A stretch of 64,000 bases of DNA from Promethearchaeota archaeon (GTDB lineage Archaea; Asgardarchaeota; Lokiarchaeia; Sigyniarchaeales; SOKP01): positions 19,967-83,966 of the forward strand of contig JAEOTZ010000056.1 in NCBI GenBank assembly GCA_016839585.1, read 5' to 3'. Below are positions 29,595-40,301 of this stretch, one piece after another. The notes under the pieces were generated by a model. It searched no databases and was not told the origin of the DNA. It saw nothing but the letters and a program-made list of their open reading frames with translations. The position numbers were made by a program, and so were the translations under genes. Each line of letters opens with the position of its first letter. Position 1 is the first letter of the stretch.

Positions 29595-30392
29595 ATGAAA
29601 TTTATTGATTTGTCTATACCCATCTACAATGAAACTTTAGGCGAAATGCCTATAATGGCACCTCACATAGAATATAGCGATCATGATACTGGCGCTGAAC
29701 AGATGTCTTTTATATATCCAAAAATAAAACCAGATCAGCATTTACCTCTCGGGAAAGGTTGGGCAACAGAAACAGTTACATTAGGTACACATAGTGGAAC
29801 GCATATGGATGCGCCGTGGCATTATGCCCCAATTCAAGATAGAGAAATTGGAGAAAAAAAAGTAATGACAATTGATGAGATTCCCCTAGAATGGTGCATT
29901 GGTCCGCTCATTGTGTTAGATTTAAAAGACAAAGAAGACGGATATGTTATGACACCTGAAGATATAGACCAAAAGTTAGATGATATAGGGCATAAATTAC
30001 AGGAGGGAGATATTTTGTGCCTTAATACTAATGCCGCTAAATATTTTGGAACTCCAAAATACATGTATTATGGAGCGGGAGTAGGAAAAGAGGGAACTTT
30101 GCATATAGTAAGGCATGGAGTTCATGTCGTAGGAACAGACGCGTGGTCGTGGGATCCACCACTACCATTAACAGCAAAAAAATGGAAGACAACAGTAAAA
30201 GCTAAAAATCCTGATCCTTCTATAATTTGGGAAGGTCACTTTGCCGGGATTGAATTAGGATATTTTCAAATGGAAAAATTGACCAATTTAGATAAAGTGC
30301 CTCCCGTTGGGGCAATAATTTATTGTTTTCCCATTAAAATTGCGAAAGCTAGTGCTGGTTGGGTTAGGGCTGTTGCTACAATTCCCGAATAA
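29595..30392 (+). CDS. Cyclase / kynurenine-formamidase-family metal hydrolase
   Basis: THSGTHMDAPWH motif, VGTD, EKLTNL. Confidence 0.9.
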   Translation: MKFIDLSIPIYNETLGEMPIMAPHIEYSDHDTGAEQMSFIYPKIKPDQHLPLGKGWATETVTLGTHSGTHMDAPWHYAPIQDREIGEKKVMTIDEIPLEWCIGPLIVLDLKDKEDGYVMTPEDIDQKLDDIGHKLQEGDILCLNTNAAKYFGTPKYMYYGAGVGKEGTLHIVRHGVHVVGTDAWSWDPPLPLTAKKWKTTVKAKNPDPSIIWEGHFAGIELGYFQMEKLTNLDKVPPVGAIIYCFPIKIAKASAGWVRAVATIPE

Positions 30393-30421
30393 ATATTGAA
30401 TTAAATTAGAAAAAAAAAATT

Positions 30422-32644
30422 TTATTCTTCTTCTTTAAATATATCTTCTACTAATTTGGCATCATCTTTAAAGTAAATGAGGGCACCACTCCATTCTTTC
30501 AGCACTTCTGAGTATTTTTCTTCAAAGGTTTTGACAAATTCTTTTAAGTGTCCTCTTACTTCCGCACTTTCATTTCCTTTTATAAAGAGAGCGCCAAAAA
30601 TACGTTGACCATACTCTAAAAGAATTGTAATGTCGCCATGGTCAATTTTTTTCAATACTTCGGTAGATTTAGTCATTTCTTTAATAAACGAAGTAATTGC
30701 TGAAAACATTCCTGATACTAGTCCCGGATCTTGGGTAGATTCTCTAACAAAAGGATAATTAAATATTCCCCGACCATCATCATAAATTATATATAATCCT
30801 TGTTTTTCTACTCTTTCATAAGTGAAAGAAAATTCAGGTTTCCAGATACTTATTAGATTATTAAAAAAGAGATATTTAAGAGTAAAGAACAGTCTCTTTT
30901 TTTCATTTTCATCTATTGGTTTAAGCTGCTCTAATAATGTATCCTTTTCCAAAATACTCAATAAAACCTTAATTTCTTCTCGTTCTTGTTCAATATCCTT
31001 TAAATCTATATCTGGTTTTTTCGCAATTAGGTATTGAATTTCTCCTTCAGAATAATCTTTGTATGTGATATAATCGCCAACTGAGGCAAATATTGTACTT
31101 TCTATTCGGCTTTCATCAATTGGGAATTTAATACTTCTAAAATCCTTTTTAAGATAAAAAATTATCAAACCCCAAATGATTATATTGAACACATACCTTG
31201 TAAATAGATAAGGAACTGCCAAAAAACCTAATAAGCCAGAGAGATTAGCATCTAAGGCAGCGGTTCTAAAGGTATAAAAGTTGAATCCAAATATAGTAAA
31301 AAAACTTGTTTGACCTGTTATCCAGTATTCTTCTGGAGCAAAGTTAATCAGAGCTGGTGCTTGTAGAAACCCAAATAATATGGAAACTAGGATTATTACT
31401 GGCAAAAATGATGTAAAGCTTAAGAATAGACTTTTTAAATATTTTAAGGTATAAACCAAAAATATAATTATTATAATTAAAGGCACAACTTGTAAAGCAA
31501 AAAAATTGAAAATTACCATCGAATCAAATAGAATTGAGTAGTTAAGAGTTGGATCCACAATATCAGGAATGAATTTTCCTGAATCAATAATAGAATCAGG
31601 ATCTTCGAATGAAATAAGGTACATGGGATTAAATGCGATCATATTTAAAAGTAGAAATATGAATACTGCCAAAAAACTAAATACTATTCCATAATAAAAG
31701 TTTGTAAAATTTGTTTTTCTAATTTTTTCTTTTTTATGTTTCCACCAATCTAATATTTTAATAAAGATGAGAAGAGCTATTGGTTCAAAGATATTAAGGA
31801 ACAAAACGAAAATTATTGAAGCCATTATAAAATATGCGAAGAAATAAAGCATTATTGGAATTGAATCTGTATATTGGACAATAAATAATAAGATAGATAA
31901 AATCGATATCGGTGCTCCTACTGAATAAAGACTTTTGTATGTATCTCTTCTCATATCCTCTCCAATATATCGACCCTTTAATGTAATTTGTGAGATATAA
32001 ATTAACTCTATGCTTAAGATGAAGATTGCAAGATATACAAACAGAATTTCAAGAAACCACCCTAATGGTGTTTCACTGGTAAGCACTGGATCACTTTCTT
32101 TTCCTGTCACAGTTAAAATCACTTGTAAGAGATAAAGTGATATAGGCAAAAGTACAATCATTAGCTTTAGTATCTCTTTTTCCCTAGCCCAATTATTTTT
32201 TATTAATTCTTCTCGAATAAGTTTATAAGGACTGTCACTTAACTGGTAAGTTAATAGTGTTAAATTGAATTTAATAGGTCCTTCTTCTTTTCTTAACCGA
32301 TTCCAAACATAAAAAATTGATAAAAAAGGGGCAACAAAAAAAATGAACGGTAATGTAACTAAGGGGTAATAGGCAAATAAAGAAACTAACGACCCTAAAT
32401 GAGAAAACATATATCCTAATCCAACTACATCATTTTGGCTTTCTAATTCTTCAGGATCTAGTTTTACTTGATAAATTATTGGAAGAACCCAGTATATCAA
32501 ATAAAAAACTAAAATTCCAACATAAATTCTAAGATATAGGTTTCTTATAGCTTTTTTTCGAATAAAGAAGTAGGGTATTAATAAAATTAAAATTGGAATT
32601 GCATTTACATATGTAGTAAATAAAATTTCAGGAGCATTCATCAT
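30422..32644 (-). CDS. Multipass membrane protein with C-terminal longin-like domain
   Basis: About 12 TM helices, then GLYIIYDDGR..F...DPGLVSGMFSAITSFIKEM...IDHGDITILLEYG, an Asgard longin-like pattern. Confidence 0.75.
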   Translation of the reverse strand: MMNAPEILFTTYVNAIPILILLIPYFFIRKKAIRNLYLRIYVGILVFYLIYWVLPIIYQVKLDPEELESQNDVVGLGYMFSHLGSLVSLFAYYPLVTLPFIFFVAPFLSIFYVWNRLRKEEGPIKFNLTLLTYQLSDSPYKLIREELIKNNWAREKEILKLMIVLLPISLYLLQVILTVTGKESDPVLTSETPLGWFLEILFVYLAIFILSIELIYISQITLKGRYIGEDMRRDTYKSLYSVGAPISILSILLFIVQYTDSIPIMLYFFAYFIMASIIFVLFLNIFEPIALLIFIKILDWWKHKKEKIRKTNFTNFYYGIVFSFLAVFIFLLLNMIAFNPMYLISFEDPDSIIDSGKFIPDIVDPTLNYSILFDSMVIFNFFALQVVPLIIIIIFLVYTLKYLKSLFLSFTSFLPVIILVSILFGFLQAPALINFAPEEYWITGQTSFFTIFGFNFYTFRTAALDANLSGLLGFLAVPYLFTRYVFNIIIWGLIIFYLKKDFRSIKFPIDESRIESTIFASVGDYITYKDYSEGEIQYLIAKKPDIDLKDIEQEREEIKVLLSILEKDTLLEQLKPIDENEKKRLFFTLKYLFFNNLISIWKPEFSFTYERVEKQGLYIIYDDGRGIFNYPFVRESTQDPGLVSGMFSAITSFIKEMTKSTEVLKKIDHGDITILLEYGQRIFGALFIKGNESAEVRGHLKEFVKTFEEKYSEVLKEWSGALIYFKDDAKLVEDIFKEEE

Positions 32645-32723
32645 TATTCACATGTATTTTTTTATTAAATAAAATGTATTTAAAATAAAGTATGCAAATT
32701 TTAATATAATAATTTAGTTATTT

Positions 32724-33842
32724 TTGAATATTTTTAATTTTAATATGCCAAAGAATAATAAAATTGGAATTGTTGTTGATGATGACTTTGCTTCGAAGAA
32801 TATTCCCCCATATCCACATCCAATCTTTCTTTCTTACGAAACTCCTCTTAGGATTAAATCTATTTTGACTCACTTTGAAAATAGAAAAATTTTCGATAAT
32901 GAAAATATAATTAAACTAAAACCTAAACTAATAGATGAATCAATAATTAACTTGGCTCATACAAAATATCATATTGATTCTATTAAAAATCTCTCAAATT
33001 TAGGTAGTGGCTTTCTTGGCGAAGAAATCTACATCACAAAAGACACCTTTTTACTAGCAAAAAAAGCAATTGGAGGTACTATACAAGCAATTGAGAGTGT
33101 AATAAATCAAGATGTAAATCAATCGTTTGCTCTTATAAGACCACCAGGACACCATGCTTTGAGAGAAAAGGCTTCTGGATTTTGTATATTTAATAATATA
33201 GCAAATTCAATTATATTTTTACGGGAAAAACTCAATTATAAAAAAAAAATTGCAATTATTGATATTGATAGTCATTTTGGTGATGGATTAGTACAATATT
33301 TTTATGATGATCCAAATGTGCTTTATTTTTCTATTCATGAATTTGATTTTGTAGAGGGAGAAATAGGTTTTATAAATGAATTAGGTGAGGGTGATGGTCT
33401 AGGCAAAAGTATTAACTTTCCAATACCAATGCACTGTACAGATGATATATTTTTAGAATTTATGGACATACTTGAACCATTATTAAATGAATTTTGCCCT
33501 GATCTAATAATTATTGCTGCTGGATTTGATATGCATTTCTCAGATCCAATAGGAAACTGTAGTTTAACATCTAATTCTTATTTCAAATTCACTAAGAGAA
33601 TTTTAAAAATATCAAATGATATATGCATGGGCAAATTAGTATTTGTTTTAGAAGGTGGCTATAATTTAATAGCATTACCATTCTGTGTCCATGCTGTCAT
33701 AAATGCACTTTTAAATGAAGAATATGAACCACCCACTTTTGAGAATATTGAATTCTTAGAAAAGTGTAAAATTGAAGATATAACTAAAATAAAAAATTCT
33801 TTAAAAAACTTATTAGCTAATTACTGGATTTCAATACAATAA
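32724..33842 (+). CDS. Histone deacetylase family protein
   Basis: RPPGHHA, GFCIFNN, DIDSHFGDG, AGFD..DP and LEGGY motifs; likely start at 32745. Confidence 0.93.
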   Translation: MNIFNFNMPKNNKIGIVVDDDFASKNIPPYPHPIFLSYETPLRIKSILTHFENRKIFDNENIIKLKPKLIDESIINLAHTKYHIDSIKNLSNLGSGFLGEEIYITKDTFLLAKKAIGGTIQAIESVINQDVNQSFALIRPPGHHALREKASGFCIFNNIANSIIFLREKLNYKKKIAIIDIDSHFGDGLVQYFYDDPNVLYFSIHEFDFVEGEIGFINELGEGDGLGKSINFPIPMHCTDDIFLEFMDILEPLLNEFCPDLIIIAAGFDMHFSDPIGNCSLTSNSYFKFTKRILKISNDICMGKLVFVLEGGYNLIALPFCVHAVINALLNEEYEPPTFENIEFLEKCKIEDITKIKNSLKNLLANYWISIQ

Positions 33843-33857
33843 GAAAAAATTAAGAAA

Positions 33858-34259
33858 TTAAACAAATCTAGTTAGTTTTTGGGCGTACTCTTGCGAAATA
33901 AAAAGTGTATCCCTAGGTCCCACTTTTGGATTTATATAGCAAATTAATGCTCCTGTTCCCCCGATAGGGATGGGACAAATAATAATATGCCCTTTTCCTG
34001 TTATATTCGTTCCTATTTTTCTTTCTTCTGTGTTTTCTACGATCATATATTTTATAGCCTGAATAGTAATATTTGTCATTCCTTTTTGACCAAGCTCTAG
34101 TTTAGTATTAAGCAACTCGTTAATCTGATCTAGATCGTTAGAAACATCCCAGTTTTCAGTTTGAGTGAGTAGAATACCATCTTTATTTAAAATTGCTATC
34201 CCAAAAATATTTTGCTCTTCATTTAATAACTCATCAATAATTACTTCTATTTCAGACAT
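33858..34259 (-). CDS. Profilin (Loki-type actin regulator)
   Basis: GIAIL...G...TQTENW, IKYMIVENTEERKIGTNITGKGH and CPIPIGGTGAL match Lokiarchaeal profilins as recalled. Confidence 0.88.
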   Translation of the reverse strand: MSEIEVIIDELLNEEQNIFGIAILNKDGILLTQTENWDVSNDLDQINELLNTKLELGQKGMTNITIQAIKYMIVENTEERKIGTNITGKGHIIICPIPIGGTGALICYINPKVGPRDTLFISQEYAQKLTRFV

Positions 34260-34363
34260 TATAATTACCAAAATATTATATTATCAAATTATTATTTAAT
34301 AAATAAATTATAAATTTAAATATACGTTTAAAAATAATTTCAAATTTATGACGGTGAAATTGA

Positions 34364-34906
34364 TTGGCATTCAGAATGTGGAAAAAGGCAATACTTCTCT
34401 CTTTACGTGAAAAAAAGATATTCACAGTTTTTGCATTGATATATACTATTTTAATATTTTTATCAAGTTTATTCATAGAATTGGGAATTGGGGGTCAATT
34501 AGGAGAATCTGCTCTATTTTTTATCTTGATCTTTTTTACTACTAGTTTAATTCTTTCTCTACTCTATGCTTGGATTTTGGTGTCTAGAAGAAGACGAGTT
34601 TGGGCTACATTCAAATGTATTGGTTATACAAATAAAAATATAATTATATTGGTATCAGGAATTATATTATTTACTACATTGATGGGATTTTTTATTGTAA
34701 TTGAAGTTCTATTTCATTATGCTGCTATTGTCGCTTATCTAAATTCAGCAGAAATTAATTTAGATATTAAAATTTTAATAGGATTAGTCCCAGTTATTGT
34801 AACTAGTGGAATGTTCATATTTGTTCAACTAATTGCCCTTATTGTTGTTTATAGAAAAGTGTTAAAAGTAAGACCAATAATTGCATTAAAAAGAGTAGGA
34901 GGGTAA
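34364..34906 (+). CDS. FtsX/MacB-like ABC permease (short)
   Basis: RRRRVWATFKCIG motif, four TM helices, PIIALK C-terminus; GGTGA SD before TTG. Confidence 0.75.
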   Translation: MAFRMWKKAILLSLREKKIFTVFALIYTILIFLSSLFIELGIGGQLGESALFFILIFFTTSLILSLLYAWILVSRRRRVWATFKCIGYTNKNIIILVSGIILFTTLMGFFIVIEVLFHYAAIVAYLNSAEINLDIKILIGLVPVIVTSGMFIFVQLIALIVVYRKVLKVRPIIALKRVGG

Positions 34907-34919
34907 GGAGGAAAAAGAA

Positions 34920-35612
34920 ATGGTATTTGCAAAAGATATTATGATTGAGGCAATTGATATAAATAAGGAATATAGACGGGCAGGAGCCATTATCAGAGCA
35001 TTAGTAGATATAAATTTAAGAGTAAAGTCTGGGGAGTTTGTAATAGTACAAGGACCAACCGGGTGTGGAAAAAGTACTCTCCTTAATGTATTATCAGGTT
35101 TAGATTTGCCAGATTCGGGTAGAGTTATTTTTGATGGGGAAAATATAGCACGAGCAACAGAAGATAGATTAAGTAAAATTCGGCGTCAAAAAATTGGTTT
35201 TGTATTCCAAGATTATAACCTTGTTAATTCATTAACAGCAATCGAAAATATAGAAGCATTATTATGGCCGACAGTCTTAAGTAATAAAGAAATAGAAAAT
35301 AGATCAATTGCAGCATTAAGAGATGTTAATCTTCTTGAACGTAAAGACCACCATCCTGTTCAACTAAGTGGTGGTGAAAAACAAAGGGTTGGATTAGCGA
35401 GGGCAATTATTCATAGACCTAGGGTTATCTTAGCAGATGAACCAACTGGAAATTTAGATCCTGAATCAGAAACACATGTAATGGAGTTATTAAAGAAAAT
35501 TAATAAGGACACAGAAACAACAGTTATAGTAGTTACTCATCGTACGCACTTGAATAAATATGCTGATAAAATTATTAAAATGGATAAGGGAAGAATTATT
35601 AAAATTGAATAA
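34920..35612 (+). CDS. ABC ATP-binding protein (LolD/FtsE-like)
   Basis: GPTGCGKST, IGFVFQ, LSGGEKQRV and ADEPTGNLD motifs. Confidence 0.92.
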   Translation: MVFAKDIMIEAIDINKEYRRAGAIIRALVDINLRVKSGEFVIVQGPTGCGKSTLLNVLSGLDLPDSGRVIFDGENIARATEDRLSKIRRQKIGFVFQDYNLVNSLTAIENIEALLWPTVLSNKEIENRSIAALRDVNLLERKDHHPVQLSGGEKQRVGLARAIIHRPRVILADEPTGNLDPESETHVMELLKKINKDTETTVIVVTHRTHLNKYADKIIKMDKGRIIKIE

Positions 35613-35836
35613 TATCTAATTCTGTTTTATTATCATTTTTTTTGCTTGAATTTCTCAATCTATATATTTATCTATCAAATTTTTATAATCTGAAAATAGA
35701 TAAAGATTTTTTTCTTAAATTATTGTATGTTCAATAAGATAGATGGATTTTCAAAACAAAAATATAAATATATTAAGAGTTTTTGAAATACTATTAACTA
35801 AACTAAAATCAAAGTTTAAATTAAAAATTAGGTAGG

Positions 35837-36604
35837 GTGTTAAAAATCGGAAAAAAGCGTGTGATTCTATCAGGTTGTGCTGGAATGTGTTGTCTATTAC
35901 CAATGGCATATATAAGTTTTCGGTTTCTAAATTTGACAGAAGGAGTTACTGGTGGATTATTGGAGAATTTTGAGGATGCTTTGGGTACATTGACGGGACT
36001 TATAGGTTTTGGTGGACCTTTTTTAGAAATTGTAGCTGGAGGTTTTATTGGAATGGCTATGATTTTTTTATTTCCTATTCATTGGTGTATATATTACCGC
36101 CCTGAAGATGTAGGGTTAATTATTGCGGTTACTGTTCCTTGGATTTTATCTTGTGCCATCACGAGTGGCTTATTTGCCCATTCTCCTCGAGGTGGTATTA
36201 ACACTAGTCTTGCTATTGGTTTTGGATATATGATTCCACTATCGATTATTTATCTAGTATTAGCTGTTGCATTTCCAATAGGTTCAGCAGTTTTAGATGG
36301 GTTATTATTGGGATTGGCAGACTTACCATTTTTACTTGCTATACTTACGTCAATCTTTGAGGGCTGTTTGGTGGGGGCTGTTTTTGGAGCATTTATTGGT
36401 AGTTTGAAATATAAACCCGGGAAAGCAAAACCAAAGGTTAAAAAAGTTAGAGACAAAGAAGCCGAAATTTCAGAACCTACTTTTGAAAAATTAGGAAAAG
36501 TAGAAGAGGCAGAAACTATTTCACCTTTTTGTACGAACTGCGGAGCTAAACTTGCTCCAGACGATGATTTTTGCACTAATTGTGGAAAAAAATCTAAAAA
36601 ATAA
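35837..36604 (+). CDS. Membrane protein with C-terminal Zn-ribbon
   Basis: About five TM helices followed by FCTNCG...FCTNCG. Confidence 0.75.
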   Translation: MLKIGKKRVILSGCAGMCCLLPMAYISFRFLNLTEGVTGGLLENFEDALGTLTGLIGFGGPFLEIVAGGFIGMAMIFLFPIHWCIYYRPEDVGLIIAVTVPWILSCAITSGLFAHSPRGGINTSLAIGFGYMIPLSIIYLVLAVAFPIGSAVLDGLLLGLADLPFLLAILTSIFEGCLVGAVFGAFIGSLKYKPGKAKPKVKKVRDKEAEISEPTFEKLGKVEEAETISPFCTNCGAKLAPDDDFCTNCGKKSKK

Positions 36605-36763
36605 TTTTTTTTAAATTACTTAATCTATTTTTATCCACCTATTTTATTTATTATTAGATTTGATTTCCATAAATTAGATACTTATATTTTAATTCCAAGA
36701 AAAATATTATATTAAGTTATACCATTATATTAATAATGAAAATTCAAACAATAAGATGATATT

Positions 36764-37795
36764 ATGCCGAAAGAGGTAAAAGGGGTATTATTTAGCCGTT
36801 TGGTTGTTTTAATTTCTATTGTTCTTATCCCTATAATCACATTTTTAATCTATAATTTTGCTGGTTTTGAATTATGGTTTTCAAATGATCCAGATTTGGA
36901 GTTTTTGATTATTAACCTTTTATGTCCCTTAGTTTTTAGTATTTCATGGTTATTTTTCATAATTTTATTTGCTAACCGTTTTGCTGAAACTATCGATTCT
37001 ACAGATAGAGTGGTGGGGGTAATTCCCTTAAGATTGAAATTGTTTTATGGTATAAATGCCGTTTATATACTTCTTATTTTTGTATTTCCGTTAATCACAC
37101 CTGTTGTTTCAGTTTTAACCTTTGCTTCCTTTGGGTGGCAATTAACAACCTTTAGAAAAGAACGATGGGAGGAGGACACGAAAGTTTCTTTATTAACTAA
37201 AATTATTATGATTATAGCTTCAATCATCCCTGTCTTCTGTGGAATCGTTATTATTCCAGAATATATTAAGTTATCAATATTTTTATTATGGGATATTTGG
37301 ATTCCATTACTTGATCCGATTTACATAATCTCATATTGTTTATGTACAGCTCTAGCAATTGGATCATTATTTATCTTATTTGCTAATTCAGGCATAAGTG
37401 AATATGAGCAAATATTTGTAGATACTTCAAAAACAAAAAAAATGATACAGATTAAAATTTTGGAAGTAGCTTTATTCGTTTTCTTCTTATTTTTGGCTTT
37501 TTATGAATTTGCTGTGATAGATCTATTCTATAATGCTGGATTTATAATTGTTCTTATAGTCTCAATAGTCAACTATTTTAGTGGGAAACAGAAAACAAGT
37601 AAATTTCGAGGTCATGTGATGGGATATATTCTAGCTGCAATTTTTATGGGCTCCAATTTAATATTCATTTCGGATACAGCATTCTCAGATTTTATGAAAG
37701 TCTCGAGTCTTATCATCTCTGGAATATTGTTTATTTTAGTATTTTTATATACATTCATTCACCTAGAGGAACCTGAACTAAAATATAATCACTAA
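36764..37795 (+). CDS. Hypothetical multipass membrane protein
   Basis: About nine hydrophobic helices. Confidence 0.75.
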   Translation: MPKEVKGVLFSRLVVLISIVLIPIITFLIYNFAGFELWFSNDPDLEFLIINLLCPLVFSISWLFFIILFANRFAETIDSTDRVVGVIPLRLKLFYGINAVYILLIFVFPLITPVVSVLTFASFGWQLTTFRKERWEEDTKVSLLTKIIMIIASIIPVFCGIVIIPEYIKLSIFLLWDIWIPLLDPIYIISYCLCTALAIGSLFILFANSGISEYEQIFVDTSKTKKMIQIKILEVALFVFFLFLAFYEFAVIDLFYNAGFIIVLIVSIVNYFSGKQKTSKFRGHVMGYILAAIFMGSNLIFISDTAFSDFMKVSSLIISGILFILVFLYTFIHLEEPELKYNH

Positions 37796-38107
37796 TTTTT
37801 TTTTATTTTTAATTTTAAGTTAATCCTGATATATTCATGTTAAAAATTAAGCTGATTTCCTGAATATATTAAATTAGATTAAAAAAATATCATTTTAAAA
37901 TAAGCGAGATTAATAAAAATATTTATTCTATTAAATTTCGCCTCAATCGATAAGAATTTGTTGATTAAATATTTTACTTTAATATGAGTTAAATTATCCT
38001 AAAATTTTCTACTATATTAGAATATAAATTATTAAAAAGCTAAATTTTATTTATAATTTTAAGATTAAAATTAAAATTTATTTAAAAAAAATAAGGGTTA
38101 GAAAAAA

Positions 38108-40165
38108 ATGAAAATAATAAATGCTAAATCCTTAATGGTTCTTTCTTTGTTTCTTACCTCGATGATAGCAATGCCAGTTATGGTATCTGCTGACGATGAT
38201 AACAAGTTTGATTTTGATCAGTGGGGAGGTAATGAGGATTTTTTTAATAGTTTTCAGGGAGGTTTTGGAAGTATGTTAGGAGGATTAGGTTATGCTGGAA
38301 ATCTATTAGGACATGTGTTCCTGATGTTGTTTCATCAAGCATATGAGAATTTTTCTGCCAGTGAGATGATGTCAGGGGTCTATGTATTAAGTGCATTTAA
38401 TGAAACTTCAACCCCAGTAAGAATTAATGATTTTGGACCTGTTGGCGAAACGGAGATCCATCTTTTACCAGAACATTATGCTAATCATTCAGGCATTTCT
38501 GGAACAGCTTACTGCGTAGTAAATAAGAGTGGTTCATATGAATATAGTATGACTGTGGGAGCAGGAGTCACACTAATAATTTGGGATAACGACCATTCAT
38601 TCATAAATGCTGTCAAAAAATTATTTAATTTCTTTAAAACATTAGAAGAGAGCGATTTAGATGGAGAAGAAATTCCTGAGGATCTTATTAGAGAAGGAGT
38701 AGAACTAATTGTTTGGTTTTTAATCCATATAAATGACATTTTCACTGGTGATGAACTTTTTATATTGAATCCCATTACCTGGCAGAAATTAGAAATTACT
38801 CCAATAAATTTTCAAATAACAAAAACATGGTACCATTCAGGTAATACAATAATTGGAGACGGTGATGATGTTGAGCTTGAAGTAGCCTATCCATCAATAC
38901 TAAGTCCTTTGAATATGGAAGCCGATGCCAGAAAAGATATTTATATGCAATGGTTATTGAGAGATACAGAAATTATAAATTCCGGTAAAAAATTATACTG
39001 GACAGCATTTACCTTCGATTTAATTGAATTTTGGATGAAAAATTTTGAAATTCATATTGATATAGCAGAACTTATTGACATTGGAAGTGGAGAGGGGGGA
39101 GATCCTGCGAAAGCGTTTCAGGGATGTGATATTGAATTTTACCTATTTTCCCATCATTTAGCTGGTGCTTTCCTCTATAATGATTTAAATTTTGATCGTG
39201 AACTTACTGTGAACTATACAGATACAACAGTAACAATTGACGGTGAGGATAAAGATATATCATATCCAGTGAGTTCTGAACTTACTCATAGAATAGTTTT
39301 AAGAAGTGTAGACAAGTACAATTTTACACTTCCAACTAAGAATGATGATAATACTATTTCATGGGGATTACGATTACAAGATGTTAATATCTCTGCTGTT
39401 CCTGTTGGGATTGATTTAGATTCCTATCTAGCCGCACCTCAAGAAAATCTAGATTATATGCAATTTGGATTTACTTTTGATCCAGAAAAGAATGTAGAAG
39501 GGGCAGATGCCGTAGGGAAAATAAAACTAGACCAAAACTTTACTCCATGGAATAATAATACTGATCCCTACGCAAATGCTGATATTATAGATTTGGATAT
39601 GGCAATAATTTATGTGTCAACTATATTACATTTCCACTTAAATGTAGCAACTTCTGGCGACGTTACGCCTCCTGATGCAAACTTAGATGATTTTTATGAT
39701 GATGATCCTAATGATGACGATTATGTTAAAGAGACTCATGAATTAAAGGTTGGAAATTACCTTGGCGGCTCAGAGCCACTAGATTTCGTTGATATTGCAG
39801 GACCCTATTATGATTATGGTAATGTAACCCTCCCTAGACGTGATAATGCAAGTACTTCTATCATCCCTCTTGCTGTATGGACTGGTGAAATGGAAAGACA
39901 TGATACATTTGTACCACCAAGTGAAACAGATGTAAAACCTTTTGCCACTGATATTAGGGTTAATATAAGTTTCACTGTAGTAGCTTACGCCGTTTGTTAT
40001 CCTGAATTTGAGGATGGTACTGGCATCTGGCATGATCCAACCTTCAGTGTTTTTATGACTTTTCAAACCCCAGAGTTCTGGGCATTAATAGTATTGATTG
40101 CTGGCATTGGATTAGTCGGTGTTGCTACTATCCTAATAAAAAGAAGAAAGGACATGAGAGTCTAA
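38108..40165 (+). CDS. Large acidic extracellular protein with C-terminal TM anchor
   Basis: Signal peptide, IWHDPTF motif, TM plus KRRK tail. Confidence 0.8.
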   Translation: MKIINAKSLMVLSLFLTSMIAMPVMVSADDDNKFDFDQWGGNEDFFNSFQGGFGSMLGGLGYAGNLLGHVFLMLFHQAYENFSASEMMSGVYVLSAFNETSTPVRINDFGPVGETEIHLLPEHYANHSGISGTAYCVVNKSGSYEYSMTVGAGVTLIIWDNDHSFINAVKKLFNFFKTLEESDLDGEEIPEDLIREGVELIVWFLIHINDIFTGDELFILNPITWQKLEITPINFQITKTWYHSGNTIIGDGDDVELEVAYPSILSPLNMEADARKDIYMQWLLRDTEIINSGKKLYWTAFTFDLIEFWMKNFEIHIDIAELIDIGSGEGGDPAKAFQGCDIEFYLFSHHLAGAFLYNDLNFDRELTVNYTDTTVTIDGEDKDISYPVSSELTHRIVLRSVDKYNFTLPTKNDDNTISWGLRLQDVNISAVPVGIDLDSYLAAPQENLDYMQFGFTFDPEKNVEGADAVGKIKLDQNFTPWNNNTDPYANADIIDLDMAIIYVSTILHFHLNVATSGDVTPPDANLDDFYDDDPNDDDYVKETHELKVGNYLGGSEPLDFVDIAGPYYDYGNVTLPRRDNASTSIIPLAVWTGEMERHDTFVPPSETDVKPFATDIRVNISFTVVAYAVCYPEFEDGTGIWHDPTFSVFMTFQTPEFWALIVLIAGIGLVGVATILIKRRKDMRV

Positions 40166-40301
40166 AAAATATTTTTTTAATATATTTTATTTTTTTTTTA
40201 TTTTTATTTTCTTGAAACTTTATCCTACAAAGTTTTAAATTTTGATATATCTAAATGATATAAAGAGAAAAAAATTTTACAAGTATCAGTGAGAAGAAGA
40301 A

